This document shows positions 1-6,430 of a stretch of DNA of 61,401 bases, one piece after another. The translations under genes were made by a program, and so were the position numbers. This DNA comes from an uncultured Rhodospirillales bacterium (GTDB lineage: Bacteria; Pseudomonadota; Alphaproteobacteria; Rhodospirillales; JAPHRK01): the NCBI GenBank assembly GCA_965368335.1, contig CBDUMN010000006.1, positions 1 to 61,401 of the forward strand. Direction: 5' to 3'. How positions within the stretch are numbered: the first letter of the stretch is position 1; every line of letters starts with the position of its first letter. The notes under the pieces are model-generated. The model was not told the DNA's origin, did no database searches, and was given only the letters and a program-made list of their open reading frames with translations.

Positions 1-609
1 GTCTTCTTCCTTATAGTTGACGACTATTTCGGCTCCAAGTGAGCGGCAGGCTGCCGCTTTTTCGTCATTGCCAACCGTCGTGATAATTCGAACGCCCATG
101 GCTGAGGCTATCTGCAAAGCTGTGGTTCCGATACCGCTGGACCCGCCATGCACCAAAAGGGTTTCTCCTTCTTTTAACTGGGCTCTTTGGAAGAGGTTGG
201 TCCAGACGGTGAAGAAAGTTTCCGGCAGAGCGGCGGCTTCGATGATTGACAGGCCTTTGGGGACAGGAAGGCACTGAGCCGCCGGAGCGGGACAGTATTC
301 GGCATAACCGCCGCCGGTGATTAGCGCGCAGACCTCATCACCAATGGATTGGCCTTCCGCGCCTTCACCCAAAGCCACGACGGTCCCAGCTATTTCGAGG
401 CCTGGGATGTCGGAAGCACCCGGAGGCGGTGGCTAGCCGCCCATGCGCTGCAAGACGTCGGGCCGATTGATCCCGGCTGCCGCCACCTTAATCAAGACCT
501 CGCCTTCGCCCGGTTGCGGAGTGGGGCGGGCGCCGGTCTTTAACACCTCCGGCCCGCCAGGGGCGTCGAATTCGATGCAGGTCATGGTTTCGGGAACAGC
601 CGTGGTCAT
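1..609 (-). pseudogene. NAD(P)H-quinone oxidoreductase, PIG3/zeta-crystallin (MDR) family. Runs off the window edge and is interrupted by one in-frame TAG at 433-435.
   Basis: Not in the ORF track. Hand translation from ATG 609 gives MTTAVPETMTCIEFDAPGGPEVL...VAAAGINRPDVLQRMGG*PPPPGASDIPGLEIAG...GGGYAEY...LPETFFTVW...LVHGGSSGIGT...VNYKEED. The frame stays open to position 1 apart from the TAG at codon 59, where the family has Tyr (GxYPPPPGAS). Confidence 0.88.
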
Positions 610-705
610 GGTGCTTAAATCTCGTCATATGGGATGGAAGAACAATCAAGTTGGCCGTAGTATGGCCGAAGCGACCAACCGTGACCAGAGGGGAGGAAAA
701 AGAAC

Positions 706-888
706 ATGGACTGGGATGATCTCGATCCGAAAACCAAGAAACCCAAACAGCGCAATCTGGACGATGTATCTATCGATGCGTTGCATGAATATATCGAAGA
801 CCTGGAAGCCGAGATCGAGCGGGTGAAGGCTGAAATCGAGAAAAAGAAGGCCGCCATCGCTGGGGCAGAGGCCTTTTTTAAGAAGTAG
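706..888 (+). CDS. DUF1192 family small protein
   Basis: 60 aa with LDDVSIDALHEYIEDLEAEIERVK...AEAFFK pattern; GGGAGG Shine-Dalgarno (SD) upstream. Confidence 0.85.
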   Translation: MDWDDLDPKTKKPKQRNLDDVSIDALHEYIEDLEAEIERVKAEIEKKKAAIAGAEAFFKK

Positions 889-895
889 TCGCAGT

Positions 896-910
896 TTAAC
901 TTGTTGTTAA
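896..910 (+). promoter_or_regulatory. CtrA-type binding site (TTAA-N7-TTAA) over the -35 region of a putative sRNA promoter
   Basis: TTAA CTTGTTG TTAA at 896-910, with a -10-like GATACT at 922-927. Confidence 0.6.
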
Positions 911-931
911 ACTCAAGGATGGATACTGGCT

Positions 932-1033
932 TTAAGTGAGGCAGATGTCTTTTCCTCCTCACTTAAGTCCTCTTTTTGGACGCCTCCCTGTCGAACTCGC
1001 CGCTTCCGGCATATCAGGAAGCGGCGCTTTTTT
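932..1033 (+). ncRNA. Candidate trans-acting sRNA (about 100 nt) with anti-SD CCUCC motifs
   Basis: Perfect 10-bp stem 932-941/957-966; small stem GTCC/GGAC 967-981; unpaired GCCTCCCTGT 982-991; intrinsic terminator; no credible ORF. Confidence 0.6.
998..1033 (+). terminator. Rho-independent terminator
   Basis: CGCCGCTTCC / GGAAGCGGCG 10-bp stem followed by CTTTTTT. Confidence 0.85.
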
Positions 1034-1061
1034 GATTTTGTATGATCCCCAAACATCTTGC

Positions 1062-1093
1062 TGCATCGCACAAAATAATGTTGCGCCGCACCA
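1062..1093 (+). promoter_or_regulatory. Tandem PhaR/AniA-type operators
   Basis: TGCATCGCACAA (1062-1073) and TGCGCCGCACCA (1082-1093), 20 bp apart. Both match the TGCRNYGCASMA motif described for rhizobial PhaR. Confidence 0.6.
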
Positions 1094-1116
1094 TTATTTT
1101 TTTGTTTTTTCCTTGC

Positions 1117-1145
1117 TTGACCACAGTCAAACCAACGGTTACAGT
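1117..1145 (+). promoter_or_regulatory. Sigma70-type promoter whose -35 lies in an FNR/FixK-like palindrome
   Basis: TTGACC-17 bp-TACAGT; TTGAC-CACA-GTCAA palindrome at 1117-1130. Confidence 0.6.
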
Positions 1146-1151
1146 TCCCAC

Positions 1152-1260
1152 CGCTAAGGGAAACCCGGGCATCAAGACTCAGGGTTTTGTCAGGCGAGTT
1201 TGACAGGTTTTACAGGCATAAAAAGGGGCTGCCCAGCAAGAGGCGGCCCCTAAATAATTT
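1152..1260 (+). ncRNA. Candidate structured RNA: either an sRNA or an attenuator-like leader of metY
   Basis: Three hairpins: AAACCC/GGGTTT 1161-1187, TGTCAGG/TTTGACA 1188-1205, AGGGGCTGCC/GGCGGCCCCT 1224-1251. The G-U pairs form only on the + strand. Confidence 0.4.
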
Positions 1261-1386
1261 GGGTCTATGCCATCGTGCTTCGATCCTTCAAAAATTGTAA
1301 AAAGCCATCTTTCCGCTCTTTTTTCCGTCCTGTCGAAGCGATATAGCTTTTGACCACAGTTTTAAAAAGACGAATGGGAGGCGGTC

Positions 1387-2682
1387 TTGGTCGACCCCAA
1401 ATTCATTAAGTTCGATACGCTGGCGCTTCATGCCGGTCAGCAACCCGATCCGGTTCATGGCTCTCGCGCCGTGCCGATTTATCAAACCACGTCCTACGTG
1501 TTTCCCGATGTGGGAACGGCGGCGGAGTTGTTTAATCTGGAGCGGCCGGGGCATGTCTATTCGCGGATTTCCAATCCCACCGTTTCGACGCTTGAAGAGA
1601 GGCTGTCGGCTCTTGAAGGTGGCGTTGGCGCGATCTGCACCGCCAGCGGTCAGGCGGCCTTGCATCTGGCGATAGCAACCTTGATGGGGGCGGGCGGCCA
1701 TATTGTCTGTTCGGCCAAGGTCTATGGCGGTACGCACAATATTCTCTACCACACCATGCCGCGCTTTGGCATTGAGACGACCTTCGTCGACCCGCGCGAC
1801 CCCAATGCCTTCAAAGAAGCGATCAGGCCCGAAACGCGCTTGGTGATTGGCGAAGTCCTGGGCAATCCGGGCTTGGAAGTAATGAATGTGCGGGCGGTGG
1901 CCGATATTGCTCATGCCGCCGGGGTGCCTTTGCTGATCGATTCGACCTTCACCACGCCTTATCTGTTTAAGCCTTTCGATCATGGGGCCGACTTGATCAT
2001 GCATTCGGCGACCAAGTTCCTGGGCGGCCATGGCATCGCTATCGGCGGTGCTTTGATCGATGGCGGGACCTTCGACTGGGAAGCGCACGCCGAGAAGTAT
2101 CCGACCCTGACCGAGCCCTACGCGGGCTACCACGGTCTGGATTTCGCCGAAGAGTATGGGCCTGTGGCGTTCATCATGCGGGCTCGTTCGGAAGGGCTCC
2201 GCGATTTCGGCGCCTGCCTCTCGCCGCAAAACGCCTTTTACATTCTGCAAGGGGTGGAGACCCTGCCCATGCGGATGGCCCGTCATTGCGAAAGTGCGAC
2301 GATCATCGCCGAGTTTCTCAACGGCCATGAGGCTGTGGACTGGGTCAATTATCCGGCCCTGGCCTCCCATGCCGACCATGACTTGGCCGCCGACATGCTT
2401 CCCAAGGGCTGTGGCGGCATCCTGAGTTTCGGGATCAAAGGCGGGCGCGATGCTGGGCGCAAGTTCATTGAGCGGATGGCCGTATTCTCCCATCTCGCCA
2501 ATATTGGCGACGCCAAGAGCTTGGTGATTCATCCGGCCAGCACCACCCATCAGCAAATGGATGCGGCCTCTATGAAGGCTGCTGGCCTTGATGAAGGGTT
2601 GGTCCGGCTTTCTGTCGGGCTCGAAGATGTCGGCGACCTGATCGACGATTTGAAACAGGCGCTCCGCGCCTCGCAGAAATAG
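1387..2682 (+). CDS. metY: O-acetylhomoserine aminocarboxypropyltransferase / sulfhydrylase (PLP-dependent)
   Basis: 431 aa; PIYQTTSY, YSRISNPT, HSATKFLGGHG (PLP lysine), ANIGDAKSLVIHPASTTH; GGGAGG SD before a TTG start. Confidence 0.93.
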   Translation: MVDPKFIKFDTLALHAGQQPDPVHGSRAVPIYQTTSYVFPDVGTAAELFNLERPGHVYSRISNPTVSTLEERLSALEGGVGAICTASGQAALHLAIATLMGAGGHIVCSAKVYGGTHNILYHTMPRFGIETTFVDPRDPNAFKEAIRPETRLVIGEVLGNPGLEVMNVRAVADIAHAAGVPLLIDSTFTTPYLFKPFDHGADLIMHSATKFLGGHGIAIGGALIDGGTFDWEAHAEKYPTLTEPYAGYHGLDFAEEYGPVAFIMRARSEGLRDFGACLSPQNAFYILQGVETLPMRMARHCESATIIAEFLNGHEAVDWVNYPALASHADHDLAADMLPKGCGGILSFGIKGGRDAGRKFIERMAVFSHLANIGDAKSLVIHPASTTHQQMDAASMKAAGLDEGLVRLSVGLEDVGDLIDDLKQALRASQK

Positions 2683-2691
2683 GGGGTGGCT

Positions 2692-3480
2692 ATGGAGATT
2701 AGCGTCAACGGCAAGAAAACCTTCATCGCCACGGGCGGTAAAGAATTCGACAAGGAAAAACCCGCCGCCATCCTGATTCACGGAGCGGGGATGGATCACA
2801 CGGTCTGGTATCTGCAATCGCGCTACTTTGCCCATCACGGGCGGAGTCTGCTGGCCGTCGATTTGCCGGGGCACGGTCGGTCGGAAGGGCCGGTGATCGA
2901 CAGCATCGGCGGTATGGCCGATTGGGTGATCGCCCTGATGGACGAGTTAGGTGTCGAGAAAGCCGCGCTGGCCGGTCACTCCATGGGAGCCCTGATTAGT
3001 CTGGAGACTGCATCCCGCGCGCCGGAGCGGATCACCGGCATTGGCCTGCTGGGTGTCGCCGCATTGATGAAGGGACACCCGGAATTGATCGGCGCGGCCG
3101 AGCGTAACGACCATTTGGCCTTCGATCTGGTCAATTCCTGGGGACATGGGAAGCCGTCTCATATCGGAGGTCATCAACAACCGGGCCTTTGGATGATGGG
3201 CGGCGTCAACCGCCTGCTTGAGCGGAGCGGCCCCGGTGTTATGCACAACGATCTTGTCGCCTGCGACCGCTATGAAGGAGCCGTTGAAGCGGCCAAGAAG
3301 GTTGGCTGTAAGGCGACGCTCATTCTCGGGAAGCTCGATATGATGGCCCCGCCGCGCAACGCCAGGGATTTGCAGGAAAATCTCAGCGATTGCGAAACCA
3401 TCCTGATTGAGGCGTGCGGCCATACCATGATGGTCGAAAAGCCGCAGGAGACGCTGGACGCTATGAAGCGGGTACTCTAG
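2692..3480 (+). CDS. Alpha/beta-fold hydrolase
   Basis: IHGAG, DLPGHGRS, GHSMG nucleophile elbow, C-terminal GH. Confidence 0.9.
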   Translation: MEISVNGKKTFIATGGKEFDKEKPAAILIHGAGMDHTVWYLQSRYFAHHGRSLLAVDLPGHGRSEGPVIDSIGGMADWVIALMDELGVEKAALAGHSMGALISLETASRAPERITGIGLLGVAALMKGHPELIGAAERNDHLAFDLVNSWGHGKPSHIGGHQQPGLWMMGGVNRLLERSGPGVMHNDLVACDRYEGAVEAAKKVGCKATLILGKLDMMAPPRNARDLQENLSDCETILIEACGHTMMVEKPQETLDAMKRVL

Positions 3481-3921
3481 ATGGCCGAGAAGCTCGTTGA
3501 AACCCGCAATCGTTATCCGCACCTTCTGCCAGTCCAGACCCGTTGGGCGGATAACGATCTGTATGGTCACGTTAACAATGTGACCTATTACAGCTATTTC
3601 GATACGGTGGTGAATTGCTACCTGATCGATGAAGGCGGGCTCGATATCCATGCGGCTAAAGTGATTGGCATCGCTGTGGAAACCCATTGTAACTTCAATG
3701 ACTCGGTGGCCTATCCCGAGCCGTTGGAGGCGGGGTTGAGAGTCGGAAAGCTGGGAAACTCCTCGGTGCGTTACGAAATTGGCATCTTTAAAAAAGGGGC
3801 TGATGAAGCTGCAGCGCAGGGACATTTCGTCCATGTTTTCGTGGATCGCGCCAGTAACCGCCCGGTGCCCATTCCGCCGCCGATCCGGGCGGCTCTCGAA
3901 CGGATTGTCGTGGAGGACTGA
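3481..3921 (+). CDS. Acyl-CoA thioesterase (4HBT/FcbC-YbgC hotdog family)
   Basis: [21 protein letters not shown] motif. Confidence 0.92.
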   Translation: MAEKLVETRNRYPHLLPVQTRWADNDLYGHVNNVTYYSYFDTVVNCYLIDEGGLDIHAAKVIGIAVETHCNFNDSVAYPEPLEAGLRVGKLGNSSVRYEIGIFKKGADEAAAQGHFVHVFVDRASNRPVPIPPPIRAALERIVVED

Positions 3922-3925
3922 ACCG

Positions 3926-4348
3926 ATGGCCTGGACGCGGAACGATTTCACTTACCTCACGCCGATACCGACCCGGTGGAACGACAACGACATGCTGGGT
4001 CACGTTAACAATGTGATTTACTACAGCTATTTCGAGGCTGTGGTGGTGCGTTTTCTGATGGAGAAGTGCGGGGTCGATTGGGGCGAAGATCGTTATATCC
4101 CTTACGCCGCTGAAAACCTTTGCCGCTACAAGAAGCCGGTGGCGTTTCCGGAAGAACTGGTCGGGGCCATGCGGATTGATAAGATCGGCAACACCAGCTT
4201 TACCTACGATTTGGCTTTGTTCAGTGAAAAATGGGAGGGGCCCGCCGCCGAGGGACATTGGGTTCATGTTTTTGTCGACCGCGAAACCGAGCGTCCGGTG
4301 CCGATCCCCGAGAACATCCGCTCTCAATTGACGGAATTCCAAAAATGA
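3926..4348 (+). CDS. Acyl-CoA thioesterase (4HBT family), tandem paralogue
   Basis: RWNDNDMLGHVNNVIYYSYFE. Start moved to ATG 3926, which follows a GGAGG SD. Confidence 0.9.
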   Translation: MAWTRNDFTYLTPIPTRWNDNDMLGHVNNVIYYSYFEAVVVRFLMEKCGVDWGEDRYIPYAAENLCRYKKPVAFPEELVGAMRIDKIGNTSFTYDLALFSEKWEGPAAEGHWVHVFVDRETERPVPIPENIRSQLTEFQK

Positions 4349-4959
4349 TCGATGCCGCCGTCATCGCCGAAGGCATGGCGGCGCTGGCCGAGTGTGATCC
4401 CGATGTGGCGGAAGGCTGGGCCCTGGTCGGCGATCCGGAACCCCGTATTCGTCCGCACGGCTTCGAGGCTCTGCTGCGGATTATTGTTTCCCAACAACTC
4501 TCGACCCAGGTCGCTGCGGCAATTATGGGACGGCTCGAAATCCGTTTGCCGGATATGTCGGCGGAGGCGTTTTTGGCGCTCGACGATGAAAGCTTGAGAG
4601 CTTGCGGTCTTTCGGGGCGGAAAATCGAATACGGTCGGGGAATCGCCGAAAAAATTGCGGCAGATGAGTTGAATCTGACGGTCCTTATGGAAGAGAAAGA
4701 TGAAGACGTGATCGGGTAGCTGGTCGCTTTACGCGGCATTGGGGTCTGGAGCGCTGAAATTTACGCCATGTTCAGCCTTGGGCGGCGGGATGTTTTTCCG
4801 GCCGACGATTTGGCCCTGCAGGAAGCGTTGAAACGCCTCAAAAATCTCGATAATCGACCCTCAGGCGGCGAGGCTCGTGCGATGGTTGAACATTGGTCAC
4901 CCTGGCGGTCTGTCGGGGCTTTGTTCCTCTGGCGATATTACCGTGGTGCGCCACAATAA
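4345..4959 (+). pseudogene. alkA: DNA-3-methyladenine glycosylase II (HhH-GPD family), interrupted by an in-frame TAG at 4717-4719
   Basis: The ORF-track pieces ending at 4719 and starting at 4768 share one frame: IVSQQLS...GLSGRK...DEDVIG*LVALRGIGVWSAEIYAMFSLGRRDVFPADD...WSPWRS. ATGA overlap with the upstream gene. Confidence 0.88.
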
Positions 4960-4968
4960 TCGTAAGCT

Positions 4969-4984
4969 GTTACATTTAGTTACA
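4969..4984 (+). promoter_or_regulatory. Direct repeat GTTACA-N4-GTTACA, possible OmpR-family operator for the RND operon
   Basis: Two exact hexamers with a 10-bp period, about 80 bp upstream of the adaptor start. Confidence 0.35.
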
Positions 4985-5062
4985 CTTCTAATTGATTGCG
5001 GTCATAATCAGGTTGCATCAACTTCTTATAGGGTGCCCTGACGAAAATTTCGGGAAGCCGCT

Positions 5063-6430
5063 ATGTCTCAATCTATGAAGAAAAAAGCTCTCTTTCTCCT
5101 GCCCATCCTTTTCGGGCTTGTCGTTTTAGCTATCGGAATTTCATCAAAGAGCGGTCCTGAACAACAGCCGCCCAGTGAAACAGCAAGAGCCGTTCGTTTT
5201 ATCGAGGCGCAAAAAACACCTGTCGTCCCGCGGGTTATCGGCTACGGTGCAGTGAAACCCGAAAGCGTCTGGAACGCCGTGGCGCGGGTAAAAGGCGCCG
5301 TGACCTATGTGGATGAAAACTTCAAGAAAGGCGCTATTCTTCTTAAAGGTACCGAAATTATTCGTATCGATCCCACCGACTATGAATTGGCGGTGGCTCA
5401 GGCGGCGGCGAATATCCGTTCGGCTCGCGCGCAACTGGAAGAACTTTCCGTTACCGAGGCCAACACCGAGACCTCTCTTGAGATCGAGAAGCGGGTTCTT
5501 AAGCTGCGTGAAGCGGAAGTTGCGCGGAAGGAAAAACTGATTAAGCGCGGCGCGGCGTCCCAATCGACGCTCGATCAGGCGCAACGTGATCTTTTGGCCC
5601 AAGGTCAGCAAATTCAAGCGCTGACCAATACGCTCAATTTAGTGCCCACGCAACGGAAAGTGATTGAGGAGCAGCTTGCCGTCTATGAAGCTCAGTTGGG
5701 GGCGGCGAAGCTTGATTTGGAGCGGACGAGGATTGTCTTGCCGTTCAATGCCCGCATTGCCGAGGCTAATGTGGAGCCGACCCAGCATGTTCAGCAGGGT
5801 GAACTGATGGCGGTCGCCGATTCGATCCAAACCTCCGAGGTTGAGGCGCAGGTGCCGATAGAGCGCTTCAGGTTGGCTACCGAAGCCGCTTCACACGATG
5901 AAATCGGCCCCCTGGAGGAAAGTGCGCCCGATTTACGGGAACGCATAGGGTTAAGCGCGACTATTCACCTCCATTCAGGTGATTTGAGCCTTAGCTGGCC
6001 GGGGCGTTTCGTTCGAATTAGCGATACGGTAGACCCTAAGACCCGAACCGTCGGGGTTATTGTCGCCGCTGATGATACCTACGCCAAGGCCGTTCCGGGC
6101 GCTCGACCGCCGTTGGTCAAGGGGATGTTCGTTCAGGTCGAAGTGCGGGGGCAGACGACCGAACCTCTGTCGGTCGTACCGCGTACGGCGATGCATGGAA
6201 GAACGGTTTATCTGGTCAATAAGGAAAACCGGCTTGAGGTCCGCCCGGTGACCGTGAAGTTCGTTCAGGGAAATATTGCGATTATCTCTCAAGGGCTTGA
6301 AACGGGAGATCGTGTTATCGTTTCCGATATCAGCCCGGCGCTTGACGGAATGTTATTGATGCCGACGGATGATGCGGCTTTGGCTGGCCGTGTGCTGGCT
6401 GAAGCCAAGGGAGAAGGGGACGTTCGATGA
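5063..6430 (+). CDS. RND efflux periplasmic adaptor (MFP) subunit
   Basis: N-terminal TM, coiled-coil hairpin, LERTRIVLPFNA, VDPKTRT motifs; adjacent to an RND permease. Confidence 0.92.
   Translation: MSQSMKKKALFLLPILFGLVVLAIGISSKSGPEQQPPSETARAVRFIEAQKTPVVPRVIGYGAVKPESVWNAVARVKGAVTYVDENFKKGAILLKGTEIIRIDPTDYELAVAQAAANIRSARAQLEELSVTEANTETSLEIEKRVLKLREAEVARKEKLIKRGAASQSTLDQAQRDLLAQGQQIQALTNTLNLVPTQRKVIEEQLAVYEAQLGAAKLDLERTRIVLPFNARIAEANVEPTQHVQQGELMAVADSIQTSEVEAQVPIERFRLATEAASHDEIGPLEESAPDLRERIGLSATIHLHSGDLSLSWPGRFVRISDTVDPKTRTVGVIVAADDTYAKAVPGARPPLVKGMFVQVEVRGQTTEPLSVVPRTAMHGRTVYLVNKENRLEVRPVTVKFVQGNIAIISQGLETGDRVIVSDISPALDGMLLMPTDDAALAGRVLAEAKGEGDVR

Noticed and set aside
17-962. Short ORF-track calls at 17-277, 349-543, 443-826 and 615-962
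   Set aside because: They are antisense to or overlap the interrupted quinone oxidoreductase and DUF1192.
936-1157. 73-aa ORF in the DUF1192-metY intergenic region
   Set aside because: GTG start without an SD; it runs through a terminator, operators and a promoter.
1150-1386. Known SAM-II, SAM/SAH or other canonical riboswitch upstream of metY
   Set aside because: I could not find their conserved cores by eye. A cmscan run is needed to exclude them formally.
1288-2874. 528-aa antisense ORF, and similar long shadow ORFs (2947-3951, 19305-20060, 24187-24876, 43676-44491, 47005-47823, 51239-51964)
   Set aside because: They lie opposite well-supported genes, show no recognisable motifs, and are expected from codon bias in GC-rich DNA.
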